Positions 48,068 to 62,160 are shown, counted from the first letter of the stretch. The stretch is 64,000 nt of DNA from Octopus sinensis (GCF_006345805.1 NC_042999.1:37758001-37822000), one strand, 5' to 3'. The notes: generated by a model from the sequence alone, not told the origin. Numbers and translations: made by a program.

Positions 48068-48500
48068 CCATTACAGTCTGTCTTGGTGTAGAAGTAGTTA
48101 GTAGTAGTAGTAGTAGTAGTAGTAGAAATAGTTGTTCTTATATTTTCACAACGAGTCGCCGTTGACTTGTTGCATTGCTGTACCTTTTTATAGTAAGTAG
48201 AATTAAGTATAACCAAAATTACTTTCTGTATCTGAGTATATAGTACACAGTTGTCGAATGTGTCCTTCCTTTAATTTAACTGTACTGTTTGATTTGGAGG
48301 AGCAATTGTAGCTGTTTCTAGCAGGTCGAACAATCACATACGAGTATCTATTTTCGCTAGTAGTTGGTGTATTGTTGATAATAAGTCGAAAACCGAAAGT
48401 GCTAGTAATGATGTCGGTGTATTGTTGTAGCTTATGTTGTGTTAGTGATGGTTGATAGGAATGTTGTTGCTGGAGCCCATGTTTAAATTCATTTGCCATA

Positions 48501-48691
48501 GGCGCAGGAGTGGCTGTGTGGTAAGTAGCTTGCTTACCAACAACATGGTTCCGGGTTCAGTCCCACTGCGTGGCATCTTGGGCAAGTGTCTTCTACTATA
48601 GCCTCGGGCCGAGCAAAGCCTTGTGAGTGGATTTGGTAGACGGAAACTGAAAGAAGCCCGTCGTATATATGTATATATGTATATAGTATAT

Positions 48692-48736
<45 letters not shown>

Positions 48737-48976
48737 ATATATGTTTGTGTGTGTATGTTTGTGTGTCTGTGTTTGTCCCTCTAGCATTGCTTGACAACCG
48801 ATGCTGGTGTGTTTACGTCGCCGTCACTTAGCAGTTCGGCAAAAGAGACCGATAGAATAAGTACCGGGCTTACAAATAATAAGTCCCGGGATCGATTTGC
48901 TCGACTAAAGGCGGTGCTCCAGCATGGCCGCAGTCAAATGACTGAAACAAGTAAAAGAGTAAAAGAGTAAAAGAGT
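48501..48976 (+). mobile_element. SINE family B, full length
   Basis: Head, CORE-like block, internal (TA)n, (GAGTAAAA)n tail. Confidence 0.95.
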
Positions 48977-49354
48977 ATTGTTTTGTCAGATGAGGTAGGT
49001 TAGAGCTAATAACCGATGTTCGTGGCCTCCGAGACTGGTATACAGAAGTTATCCGCGTTCTGGTTCTAATGAAATCTTGGCTCTAATGCATGAATACAAA
49101 TGGACTCCCAACAACTTTGGGTGTGGTTAAATCAGAACACTGTTTAAGTCAATCATTGATAAGTAAGTACGATTCCTCAGACGGTGTCTTCTACAATTTC
49201 CGTCTGTTTACCCTTAAAACTTTTGATGGACTAAATGCTGTGATAGAACAAAGATAAATCAAACAGAAGACGAAATCAGAAAAAGAAAACCGCTTGATCA
49301 AATTATTAGCCTGCGTGACTAAACCCCAAACCGCATAGATATAAATCGAACTTC

Positions 49355-49476
49355 TTAACCGCACAGCCATGCATGCGGCCGATGCCATCGAAGTGCTGAA
49401 GGTGGCTGTGTTGGTAGTGTTGGCGGCGGCATAACAATGTCTGGTGTTTGTTCGTTATACATTTGCTGTGGTGGTG
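49355..49476 (-). CDS. Candidate terminal coding exon of an unidentified host gene
   Basis: Pyrimidine-rich acceptor TTGTTTGTTTCAG, then xPPQQMYNEQTPDIVMPPPTLPTQPPSALRWHRPHAWLCG*; unique, GC-richer sequence; no homology recognised. Confidence 0.3.
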
Positions 49477-49839
49477 CTGAAACAAACAAGCAAACAAAAA
49501 AAAACAAAGAGGTTACGTCAGATGTGGTTGTTATAGAGGCAGTACCGGCTCTCTAACAGTTACTCTTATTCAAAGAGAAATCGAAGAACTGATTGCATCT
49601 TTCGTTTCACTAGTTACGGTGAATAAATATTTCTGGTAATTACTACGGCTTGGCAATATAAGTAGATTTGTTACTGCACTAAAGTGACCTCTGCAAGTAA
49701 TCTGGAGCAACGCGTAGATTGGAGAATGTTATATAATTCCAGCTGTTGCAACATACATGTGCGTGTGGGAATATGGGAATAGAAGCATAAGTATGTAGTG
49801 AGATCAACTCGCACACTCATTCGCTACTCTTTCCCTCAC

Positions 49840-49924
49840 TTATACACACACACACAGACATGTATGTATATATTATATAATATATAATATTATATATACA
49901 CACATGCATAGTATCAATACATAC

Positions 49925-49966
<42 letters not shown>

Positions 49967-50765
49967 TTATATATATATACTTATATATATATAGTATATA
50001 TATATAAGTATATATAAGTATATATATATATGTAAGTATGTATATATGCATGTATGTATATATCTATCTATCTCTATCTCTCTCTCTATATATATATATA
50101 TACATCTGTTTAACTCTCTCTATATACATAGGCATATATATAGATGTATATAAATGTATATGCATGCATAAATACAAGAATATATATACATTTACATATA
50201 TGCATACAAACATATGCATACATGCAAACATATATGTATATAAACGTATACATATACATACATACATACATACACATTTATATATATATAATGTATACAT
50301 ATACATACATACATACATACACATTTATATATATATATATATATATATATACAAAACATATACATATAATAATATATATATATATATATATATACTATAT
50401 ATATATATATATTATATATATATTATATATATAGTTTTGTATATATGCATATACGCACCCAATCAACATAACAGAATTAGAAAGAAAGAGTGATTTGTCA
50501 TAAACATACAAAATGCCTATTTCAAATTGATTGATGTCTTAATCACAAAACAGATATGCACTTACAAGCACTCTCATGATGTATTTCACTCCCTATCTCC
50601 CTCTTTCTCTCCTTTCTTTCTCATTTACTGTTTATAATACGTGTATAGACATATGTGTGTTCGACTGTTCATGTGTGTGTGTGCTTGCGCACGAGTTCGA
50701 GTTGCGTCTGCGAATAATTTGTCTGTATTTGTACATTAATATGAAAGAATTCAAGAATATACTGC

Positions 50766-50809
<44 letters not shown>

Positions 50810-51124
50810 CATATAGTATATGATATATTGAATGAATGTGCATGTTGTGTGTGCGCGTGTATATATCCATATGCATGTTCATGTATTGTATGAAATTGAG
50901 TGCATATATATATATGCTAATATGTGCACTTGTGTGAAGTGTGCACCACTGTATGCATACATATATGTGCTTTAGTTCAATGCAAATGAAAAGAATGCAC
51001 ATTTGATTATAACAATATTGATATGCATGTGTGTGTGGATGAATATATATATATAATACATACATACATATATATATGTATATATATATATACATACAGA
51101 TATACATACAATATATATGTATAT

Positions 51125-51156
<32 letters not shown>

Positions 51157-51191
51157 ATACATACTACATATTATATACATCATACATATAT

Positions 51192-51230
<39 letters not shown>

Positions 51231-51800
51231 AAGTGCTATATGTATGTATATATATAAGTGCATATATATGTACGTATATATATATATACATGTATATAAT
51301 ATTATTTATATATATATATATAATATATATATATATATAGATATATATAGATATATATATACAAGTATATGATTTACACAAATACTGTATATAGATATAT
51401 GTGTGTGGATGTGCGTATATTTTGATGTCAGTAAATGGACAAATGCAAAACCTTTCACCAATAATAGTAGTAAAAAATTTGCTCATTGGGACAATAGTTG
51501 CTATAATTCAAAGCAATTATATATGAAAATATCTACTACTACTCTACTACTACTACTACAATGTTACCTGCATATATAAACAAACGACTAAACACACACA
51601 TATATGTATGTATATATTTCTATTTATGCTTGTATTTCTGTTAGAACATAGAAAATACATGCATATACATGTATTTATATACAACGTCACCAAAGTTGAT
51701 ACATATATATATATAATATATATATATACACACAAGCACACACACATATGTATAGATATGTATATATATACACACACACAAGCACATATATATATATATA
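49840..51800. repeat. TA/CA/TG-rich low-complexity region
   Basis: Direct; source of the many YI-repeat ORFs. Confidence 0.9.
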
Positions 51801-52030
51801 TATTGTGAAAGTGGCTCCCTCTGCATTGAATGGAAGAAAATAGTACAAAGGACAAAGACAGAATTGTTGAAAGAACCGGATATCGAAAGCATGGGCCATT
51901 CAGTACAGAAATATTGAAGTTGCTTAAATATACCTGCATTTCCATTTAAAACGTGGCACGAATGTTGTTGTCTCCTGTTCTCTCTCTAGTGTTTGCTATT
52001 AACTCCCCCATACTACGTATAATTTGTGAT

Positions 52031-52079
<49 letters not shown>

Positions 52080-52332
52080 GTAATGATGATGATCATGACC
52101 ATGATGATGATAATAAGGATGATGATAATGATGAAGATGATAATGATAACGATAATGATGTTAATAAATATAATACAAATAATAACTGTAATAACAACCA
52201 TAATGGCAACAATAATAATAAAGTTAACAATCATAATAGTTTCAAATTGTGGTTCGAAGACAGTAATTTTAAGGTAGTGGACTCTACAATTCAACTTTTA
52301 TTTATTCTTCAGGTACTTAAACGATGCAAGGC

Positions 52333-52389
<57 letters not shown>

Positions 52390-52417
52390 GATAATGATGA
52401 TGATGATGATGATGATG

Positions 52418-52517
<100 letters not shown>

Positions 52518-52544
52518 AATAATAATAATAATAATAATAATATA

Positions 52545-52620
52545 TTGGGCTTCGTATATTTTACCCCAGTGTCACTTTGATGGCATGCACTGCTCTCTCA
52601 CTCAATAATAATAATAATGA
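52545..52620 (+). mobile_element. Family K 3'-end fragment within (AAT)n
   Basis: Matches the reverse complement of 24262-24330. Confidence 0.75.
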
Positions 52621-52624
52621 TAAT

Positions 52625-52840
52625 AAACCTTTCTTCTATAGACTCACGGCCTGAAATTTGTGGGGAGGGGACTAGTCGATTACATCGATCCAGTGTTTTA
52701 CTGGTACTTAATTTATCGACCCCGAAAGGATGAAAGGCAAAGCCAATCTCGGCGGAATTTGAACTGAGAACTTAGCGTCGGGCGAAACACCGCTAAGCAT
52801 TTCGTCCAGCGTGCTAACAATTCTGCCAGCTCGCCGCCTT
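52625..52840 (-). mobile_element. SINE family A2
   Basis: Full head to tail. Confidence 0.9.
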
Positions 52841-52883
52841 AATAATAATAGTATTAATAATAATAATAATAATAATAATGATA

Positions 52884-52916
<33 letters not shown>

Positions 52917-52954
52917 TAATAATGATAATAATAATAATAATGATAATAATGATG

Positions 52955-53002
<48 letters not shown>

Positions 53003-53003
<1 letters not shown>

Positions 53004-54513
53004 CTTGGTCTCGATAAAGGGAAAATGAGAGAAACATGCATTGTTAATCTTGACCAGCAGAATGTCATAAAGGAATTAGAACCAGCAGAGAGCTATAAAT
53101 ACCTATTGGTATTTGAAGAGGACAGAATCAAACAGTTAGTGACGAGGGAAAGGATCAGAGGAGAATGTTATCGCAGGGTAAGGGCAATACTCAAGACAGA
53201 GTTGAATGCAAGAAACAAGATCGAAGCGATCAATACTTTAGCCATACCAGTCGTGATTTTCAGTTTCAATATCATTAACTGGTTAATTACCGAAATATGT
53301 AATCTTGACAGAAAAATACGAAAATTGTTTACAATGCATAGAATGAACCACTCTAAGGCAGATATAGAGAAGAGGGTGGCCATGGACTTTTACAACAGGA
53401 ATTAGCAATGAAGATTGCCATAATTGACCTAGACACATACTTGAAAAACTCTGATGACTGGATGTTAAAACTTGTCTTAAAGCATGAAAACAAGAAAGCA
53501 ACATACTCAGTAACAAAACAGGCAGAGGAATATCTAGGTGAATACTAAATACAACAAATTCCAGAATTAGACGTACTAGAAACAATCTCAGAAAAAAGCT
53601 AAGGCTATGAAAACCTGTGCTAAAACTGCTGCTTTAGATATTCTTACTGATAAATGGCAAGGAAAACCTCTCAATGGCAAATACCCAAAGAGAGCTAATA
53701 GTGCCGATGTTGACAAAGCCCTTACCCATCAATGGTCAGTGTTTTCTGGCTTAAAATCAGAAACCGAAGAGTTTATCATAGCAGCCCAAGATCAATGCCT
53801 ATCTACAAGAAACTACCAGCCCAACATATTAAAGGACCGCAATAGCCCAACATGTGTATGTCAACAACAAAATGAAACCATTGATCATGTTGTCTTCATT
53901 TTCAGTCTTCTTGTGCCTACAGAGTATCTCAACAGGCATGATAGAGCATCACAATGTATTCACTGAGTAGTTTGCAAAAACCTGGACCTGCTCCATGATA
54001 AAAACTGGTGGGAACAAACCACCTCCAGGGCTTGAAAGTGATCACATCTCACTCCTCTGGAACTTCACAATTCAAATTGACAGAAAGATAGATGCTGACG
54101 ATGTATCTGTGAAGACCTACCAAAAACTGAGCAAGTATAAATGTCTTGAAATAGAAATTGTCAAAATGTGAAACCTCAAGACTAAAGCAATACCTGTTGT
54201 TATAGGTGTTCTAGGAATGATAGCGAAAGGGGCTGATTGCTACCTAGCTCAGATACCAGGAAACCCCAAAATGGCAGAAATTCAAAAGATAGTGCTCATG
54301 GGAACCGCCCATATCCCACGTAAAATACAGTTTATGCAACCTCAAATTTTAAAATAAACTCATAATTTTCTTAAACATTCTCTAGAACAATAATGCATGC
54401 AAAACCAAATATATGACACCCTAGGCATAACACCAACATGAACTTCTAACCTGTTGTCTTTTGAGGTCTCTGGGTGAGACTTGGAGCCAACTTATACAAA
54501 GCAAAAATCAAAC

Positions 54514-54515
<2 letters not shown>
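53003..54515 (+). mobile_element. R4/Dong-like LINE 3' half, (AAT)n on both flanks
   Basis: ESYKYL..ELNARNKIEAINTLAIPV..LDRKIRKL; GLKSETEEFIIAAQDQCLSTRNY; C..ETIDHVV..RHD; RLE remnant. Confidence 0.9.
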
Positions 54516-54606
<91 letters not shown>

Positions 54607-55026
54607 TAATTAACGGAACTCATAACAAAATCCAAGGAAAAGAACGGCGGGCGGATAATCTTAAATGCTATAAAATAGGTGATTTAGGAGATATACATCC
54701 ACATACTACTATGCAACACCCCTCCAAAATCATACAAATATAAACTCATACTCTAAATACCCAACAAAATGACCAAAACCCACAACATGTACCATAAAAT
54801 TCCGATACATGACAGAAAACACAACAAGCGCTACACAAACAACACACAAGATAAAAATTAATACTACCGAAGACTTCAACAAAACCCTGTAACAAAGTGT
54901 ACTAATACAATAAAATATCCCCCCACCGGCTCAAAAAATGATGCAGCACACACCACCTCATCAGCACAAAGGTGCAACAAATGATGCAATAAAAAGTGGC
55001 TTCACACTTTCTGATGTCGAGAAATA

Positions 55027-55415
55027 GGGGAGGGAAGCACTCCGTCGGTTACGACGACGAGGGTTCCGTTTGATCCGAATCAACGGAACAGCCTGCTCGT
55101 GAAATTAACGTGTAAGTGGCTGAGCATTCCACAGACACGTGTACCCTTAACGTAGTATCTCGGGGATATTCAGCGTGACACAGAGAGTGACAAGGCCGGC
55201 CCTTTGAAATACAGGTACAACAGAAACAGGAGTAAGAGTGAGAGAATGTGTGGTGAAAGAGTACAGCAGGGATCACCACATCCCCTGCCGGAGCCTCGTG
55301 GAGCTTTAGGTGTTTTCGCTCAATAAACACTCACAACGCCCGGTCTGGGAATCGAAACCGCGATCCTATGACCGCGAGTCCGCTGCCCTAACCACTGGGC
55401 CATTGCGCCTCCACT
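55027..55415 (-). mobile_element. SINE family C (tail type 1), full length
   Basis: 13-bp TSD ATGTCGAGAAATA at 55014-55026 and 55416-55428. Confidence 0.95.
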
Positions 55416-55559
55416 ATGTCGAGAAATAATAGTGATGACGATGATGACGAACGTTACCTTACCTCAGTTTATGAGAGGAGTTTCCGAAAAAACTCTGGTT
55501 GTAACAGCGAAAATGAGGCTGGATATTTAAGTGAAGGCCTCTCATCATCATCATCATCA

Positions 55560-58545
55560 TTGATCGACCATGGTCGTGACAATAGAATTTACCCTGCTAC
55601 GCCAGACTTCACGGTCCATCATGGCATTATGGAGGTCCTGTTGCTGGATGCCTGTATCCCTGGAGATTACATCAGGGTAGGAGAGTGTGCGCCCTCTGGT
55701 ATTGCGAGTAGATGGCTTCCAGAGGAGAAGAGTAGAAATTGCCTCGTTTTCAGCTCTACAACAATGTCCAGCAAACTGGACTCTCCTACCTTTCTAGCAG
55801 GCCTCTCACTCGGCAGTGGAACAGTAAAGATGCAGACTGATCACAGTTGCCATCCTAATACAGCATCAGCAGATAATAGAGCAAGGAGGAGGAAGTAGAA
55901 CAGCGAAGAAAACAGGATAGTGATACAGTGCTACTTAGAAAGTGAACATAAAAGAAGGGGCTATAGAAAACGGATGTTCATACTGAGATAAGTAGATAGA
56001 GCTAATGCTATTAGGAGAAGAAAGTAAATGACAGAATTAGAAGTAGAAGAGGTCACAAGAGAACTGGAAAAGAAAGACCAGGCAGTGAGAAAGACAAACA
56101 AGAATATAAGAGATACATCTCAACCTTAAGAAGAGCCCAAAGGAAAAATAATAATAGTGTTACTAATAAGGAAGGAACAACTGGCTTAAGTGATTTAAGT
56201 GAGGAAGATCAGAAGACTTTAGATGTGTTGCAGGAAGTAATGAGTAAAGAAGAAAAAGATTGTGAGCATTAAAAGACATCAACAGAAGGAAGCTACAAGA
56301 AATGACTAGGAAAGCAGTCTGTTATCAGGACGATAGATACTAAAAATATAGAAGACACTAACTTATTGATCTATACAGGAGGGTTAGTAGTTACCAGAAG
56401 ATTACATATCTCACAGGGAAATATTAAAAAAGAGCAAATGTGGAAAAGGAGACTACAAAATAAAGGGAAGACTTTAGGACAAGATCTGATTAAAATAGAA
56501 ACCTGGGTACTGGCTAAATAAATTCAGTCGTTTGCATGGGAGGCTGAGCAGACAACTTCAGGATTGCCTTAATGGAGGAATAATACCAGATTGGATGACA
56601 ATACTCATTATGAAACACAAGAGCACTTACCATTATTGTGGAAGCTGTTAACGGGAATGCTTCAGAAAGCATTTACAAGCACCTTGACAACTAGAATTTA
56701 CTACTAAAAAACGAAAAGGTTACAGGAAGAAGGCTGGAGGATCTATTTTATATAGACAAAGCTGTTCTAAGTGAAGTAAAAGCTAGAAAGAAAACTCCAA
56801 CAATAGCATGAATAGATTATAGGAAATCCTATGACATGATCTCACACTCATGGATAAGTGAATGTTTGAGTATGTTCAGTATAGCAGACAACATAAAAGA
56901 ATTAATTAGCTTTAGCATGAAGAAATGGAAAGTAGATTTAAACTCAGGTGACACACTCTTAGGGAAAGTTAATATCAAAAGAGGAATTTTCTAGGGGACT
57001 CGTTGACCCCTTTAATAGTTGTTCTTTGCTTGATCCCACTCAGTTTAGTATTAAGGAAGGCAAATGTAGGGTATCAGTTAAGAAATATTAATGAAAGAAT
57101 TAACAATTTTCTCTACATTGATGATCTGAAGCTTTTAAGTGAGAATGAAAAAGATTTAGATTCCTTGATACAGACCGTAAGACTCTTCTGTAAAGATATA
57201 GGCATGGAATTTGGCATAGATAAGTGTGCAATATTAGTCATGAGAAGGAGACAGCAGCAAAGGCTTTCAATTACTAGATGACCAGACATTAAAATCATTG
57301 AAAGGGGGAGAGAGTTATAAGTATCTAGGAGTATTAGAATCTGGCAGAGTACTAACTAGCGAAATAAAAACGAAAATTGAGAAATATTACATCAGAACGA
57401 TGAGGAAGCTAATGCAGTCAAAGCTGAATGGTCCGAATCTAGTGAAGGCTGTAAATACTTGGGCACTATCATTACTTTGATACATCTTTTATAAATTGGA
57501 CAAAAACTGAATTAACAAAACTAGACAGAAAAATTAGGAAGGAATTCAATATGAATGGAGATTTCTACCCAAGGGCAGGAGTAGCAAGATTATACCTGCC
57601 AAGAAAGGAAGGTAGAAGAGGGTTAATATCAGTGGAAAACTGCGTAGAGTAGTTACAGACTCCTATGTAGGTAATAGTGAAGAAAGTTTATTAAAAGCTG
57701 CTAGACTTACAGTTAGACATAGGGAAACCAAAATACCAAACGAACTTAAGCCAGACCCCCCCCAGAAATTATCTGATTGGCAGGAGAAAGCTTTGCATAG
57801 TAGATAGTTTCAGCAAATAGTAGTAGCGAGACATGATTACGGCTGCAGAAGGGAAAGCTGAAGAGGGAGACAGAAAGTTTGTTAGTAGCTACACACGATC
57901 AAACATTAAGGACTAATTGGATAAAAGCCAAAATAGACAAAAACCAAGATTCCCAATGCAAATCAAAAGAGGAAAGCGTTACTCATATAGTAAGTGAATG
58001 TAGCATACTGCCAGAGAAAGAATACAAGAAAAGATATGTCAATCTAGGAAGAGGACTCCACTGGAAGCTTTGTCGAAAGCTAGGAACTGAACATACTGAT
58101 AAATGTTATGAGCATGAACCTAGTAAAGTACTAGTAAGTAAGATGTAAAAGATAGTGTGGGACTTTAACATTGAGATTGACAGAAAGCCTGATTTGGTAG
58201 TAGTAGATAAAAAGAATAGAAAGTGCCTGATAGTTGACTTTACAGCCCCGAATGATGAAAAAGTTAATATGAAAAGTATAGAAAAATAGCAAAGTACCAG
58301 GACCTAACTATTGAATTACAGAGACTGGAAAGTGCGGGTAAAATGTATCCCGCTGGTTATAGGTGCATTAGGATCTAAACAGATGGATAGAGGAAATAGG
58401 TATGACATCCAGTTTAGTACAGCTGCAGAAAACGGTGCTATTAGGGACAGCTAGGATACTTAGGAGTGTTCTTGGTATCTAAAGCAACTTGTTGCCCGAT
58501 GCTGGGATTCTTTTCTTTTCCAGCAGTCTAATCTGCTGAGTGCAT
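55560..58545 (+). mobile_element. Near full-length but decayed R4/Dong-like LINE
   Basis: N-terminal ..EENRIVIQCYLESEHKRRGYRKRM; RT IDYRKSYDM, GDSLTPL, LYIDDLKL, EFGIDKCA; LKRETESLLVATHDQTLRTNW; ESVTHIVSEC; RLE remnant; (TAC)n 3' flank. Confidence 0.9.
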
Positions 58546-58548
58546 ATG

Positions 58549-58616
<68 letters not shown>

Positions 58617-58861
58617 TACTACTAATATCCTAATTCATTTATTGTATTATCATTTTCTAAAAGAATGATCATACGAAAATCGCGTAATAACATTGGTTAT
58701 CTTAACATAATTTATTCAATACGTTTAGTTTTTTTTTACATAAGCATACAGACACATGCGAGCGCGTGCGCACACATGCACACACGCACACACACACACG
58801 CACACATGCACACACGCACACACACACGCATACACGTAAACACACAGATACGGATACATAG

Positions 58862-58906
<45 letters not shown>

Positions 58907-58927
58907 TTCGCTTCCTGTCTGTCTGCA

Positions 58928-58984
<57 letters not shown>

Positions 58985-59051
58985 GTCTATCTATCTATCT
59001 ATACAACACCACCACACCTCACTCAACCACCACACACAACACCACACACAC

Positions 59052-59098
<47 letters not shown>

Positions 59099-59454
59099 CG
59101 TATATATATATGAATAGATACACACGACACACACATACATATATGTATATATACATGTATGCATATATGCATTCGCACATCCAAAATGCAGGAGTGAAGT
59201 CTATCGTAATCTATTTAGAAATGTTACTAGCACCTTAATTTGATTTCAAGGTGTCGACATGTTTCTTACACCTACGTTCAGGAGATGGTAAAGTGCTACC
59301 CAAAATGATTTCTTCAATGTCGAGCAGGAACATGAAAGTCGAGTAAAGCATTGAAAAGATTTCATTTTGTTATGTATAACATTTGTATGTGTACGTGTGT
59401 GTGTATGTGTGTATATACCTATACATACATATATCTATATCTATATATATCTAT

Positions 59455-59549
59455 CTTCTTTTTTCTTTTTCCGTCTTCGAAAAGAAAAGCTCTACATTTG
59501 TTTATGTCCCCTCTGTATTCAGCCCTGTGTGGCCAATAAAGAAAATTAC

Positions 59550-59550
<1 letters not shown>
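59455..59550 (+). mobile_element. Tx1-like LINE extreme 3' end followed by (TCTA)n
   Basis: AAAAGCTCTAC..CAGCCCTGTGTGGCCAATAAAGAAAA matches 61560-61622. Confidence 0.8.
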
Positions 59551-59627
<77 letters not shown>

Positions 59628-59656
59628 GGCTGTCTGTCCGTCTATCTATCTATCTA

Positions 59657-59735
<79 letters not shown>

Positions 59736-59912
59736 GTCTGTCTATCTATCTATCTATCTATCTATATATCTATCTATCTATCTATCTATCTATTTATCTG
59801 TCTGTCTGTCTATTTATCTATGTCTGTCTGTGTGTCTGTCTGTCTGTTATCTATCTATCTGTCTGTCTGTCTGTCTGTCTTTCTGTCTGTCTATCTATCT
59901 ATCTATCTATCT

Positions 59913-61433
59913 GAGGCGGGACAGGAGCGAAAATCAACCGGAAAAGTCAGTGGGCTTGCGACTGGCACTGGAGAAGCAGCCCATGCCGTCCACCAGCGCC
60001 TCCGTCGTGGGACGCTGGACCGACGGCCCGGTTGAGTTGCTCGGGGTCTGGTTCGGTCCGGACCTCCAAGTGGAGAAGAACTGGAAAGATGAACGAGTAC
60101 GGTGGTTCACTCTCGCCCGGCAATGGGCCCGAGAGGAAACTGTCCCTAAAAGGTCGAGCGGAGGTGGCGAACACGTACATCGCGTCCGTCATCTACTACC
60201 GCCTGACCGTCGTTACCTTGTCCCGACCCTACCATCAACAAAATACAACGCATCCTCTTTCGCTTCTTGTGGAAAGGATGCGTCCCGATGGGTCAGGCGA
60301 TCCATTTGCTGTACACCGCTAAAAGGAGGGAAAGGGGGGGCCGCCCATGCCGTGGTTGATGATGCGCAGACACAGCGTGAGACTGCGACATCTCTGGCTC
60401 TATGTAGACGACGGTGAACAGGTGTGGCGCGTTTGTGAGGCACGCTTTCCGCAGCTCGTCTCCATGACCGAACTGCAGTCGTGGATCAAAAAGAGGCCGA
60501 GGAAGGGCGAAAATGGCACCGCGAGTGTAGCGTTGCTCTCAAGCAACCTGCCGTCCTGGGTCGACCTTAAGTGATTCAAACAACCAAAGCATTCTATAGG
60601 GGTTTAGTGGAGGGGAGGTACGACGACGAGCTCGGGGCGAACCTGGACGTCGACGAGGAGTACCTGACCCGCCTGTTCGGGAGGACTTTCGGGCCAGGGC
60701 CCATGGACAACTTCCAGAGATCCCTGGCCTGGCAGTGCTACCGAGAAGCGCTACCCGTTCGGGATAAGCTCTACAGACACGGCTCGAGAAACACGGGGCC
60801 GACCCTGCCGAGATGCGGTCAGAGCGACGAAAACGTTCTGCACGCACTCGTTCAGTGTCCAACAATTTCCGACCTGTGGGCTTATGTCGAACAACTGTTG
60901 TCACGTGTGGGACGAGTCGGTTTATCAGCTGAGTCTATCGTCAATATTGTCACGCCTCCTTCCTTCAAACGGGAAGGAAGAGCTATTTTTCATCATCCTT
61001 GTGGCTATGGCGAAAGAATGTATATGGTGGACGCGTCTGAAGGATTGGAGAAAAACACTTCCTCTCTGGTCAATCTCTCATCAACTTCTTTCAAGTACCA
61101 CTTGAAAAGGAAAGGAGAGTAGAGAGGCAAGTTTTGTCTAGCGAATGTTTTAAAAAAAGATGGGTGAAATGTAGCAAGAATGGCACGTATGAATGACGAA
61201 GCCACCTTGAGCATTAGTCCTATGAACCCAGAAATCGAAAACAAGAGAGTTGCTTATTTGCAAAAAAAAAAAAAAAAAAAAAAGAAATATAAAATGTGAC
61301 TTCATTGACCGAGGTTACCCGTGGTCTTTCCGTAGGCTTTCTTTCCACAGGTAAACCTCACATGTCCTCCCCTTAAATTCATATTGACATTTCTGTGATA
61401 ACGATCCCTATTGATCAATTTTTTTTTCCTCTC

Positions 61434-61466
<33 letters not shown>

Positions 61467-61622
61467 CCCTTTTTTTTGTCCTCTTTCTCTCCTTTTACGA
61501 TCCCTTTTGATCGAAACTCCCCCTTCCTTTTTTTTTTTTTTTTTTTTTAAACCTTCAAAAGAAAAGCTCTACCTTGTAATTTGTTCTATCTGTGTGCAGC
61601 CCTGTGTGGCTAATAAAGAAAC
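59913..61622 (+). mobile_element. Tx1/L1-clade LINE, 5'-truncated and frameshifted
   Basis: [42 protein letters not shown], zf-RVT-like REALPVRDKL..C..ENVLHALVQC..LW; flanked on both sides by (TCTA)n. Confidence 0.9.
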
Positions 61623-61719
61623 ATATCTATCTATCTATCTATCTCTCTCTCTCTCTCTATATATATATACAAATATTTATGTATGTATATATGTATGTAT
61701 ATATGTTATACATACATAT

Positions 61720-62160
61720 ATATGCATATATATTTATTAAAGAGGACAACCAACGCTAAGGTAAGACAAGCATCTCAAGTCATATGCGTTATTATTATTA
61801 GAAAGGTTTTAAGTCTTACAGCTGTTTCTGGGATATCCCAATGTATGGGATATTCCGTCATCGGAGACAAATAGGGAAAAATTTGAAGGGTATAGATTAA
61901 GGAAACGATGGAATAAAGGAGTGGAGAAATAATGTGATAAAGAAATGAAGAAAAAAGAAACATATAAGTTCACTGTTCAATTTACCGATAGCTTAGATGC
62001 TAGTCCATAAACCTTTAGGTTGAATCCCATGTAAATCCGGGTATGATTATAGACTTAATAGTGTAAATATCCAGAGAGAAACGCGACCATATTGATGCTT
62101 CGTAAGTGTTTGATAGCAGAAGGGGTTATTGAGGGATAAAGAGAAAGAAAAGTAAATAGA
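61720..62160 (-). mobile_element. Hammerhead-bearing repeat family G
   Basis: Homologous to 18660-19080. Confidence 0.7.
61813..61868 (-). ncRNA. Type I hammerhead, CCGAUGA core
   Basis: GUCU CCGAUGA CGGAAUAUCCCA-UACAU-UGGGAUAUCCCA GAAA CAGCUG UA^ AGAC. Confidence 0.7.

Noticed and set aside
48203-48499. 98-aa minus-strand ORF in unique sequence
   Set aside because: No recognisable domain or splice signals, and its start abuts a SINE; expected by chance.
51930-52000. Minus-strand donor GCAG|GTATAT as the upstream exon for the 49.4-kb candidate
   Set aside because: The phase-compatible frame hits a stop within ~16 codons and there is no pyrimidine-rich acceptor.
55416-55898. 160-aa ORF as a host gene
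   Set aside because: Starts in a SINE TSD and runs through a microsatellite into the LINE leader; a composite artefact.
59367-60417. Long 222- and 344-aa ORFs
   Set aside because: (TCTA)n read-through fused to frameshifted Tx1 sequence.
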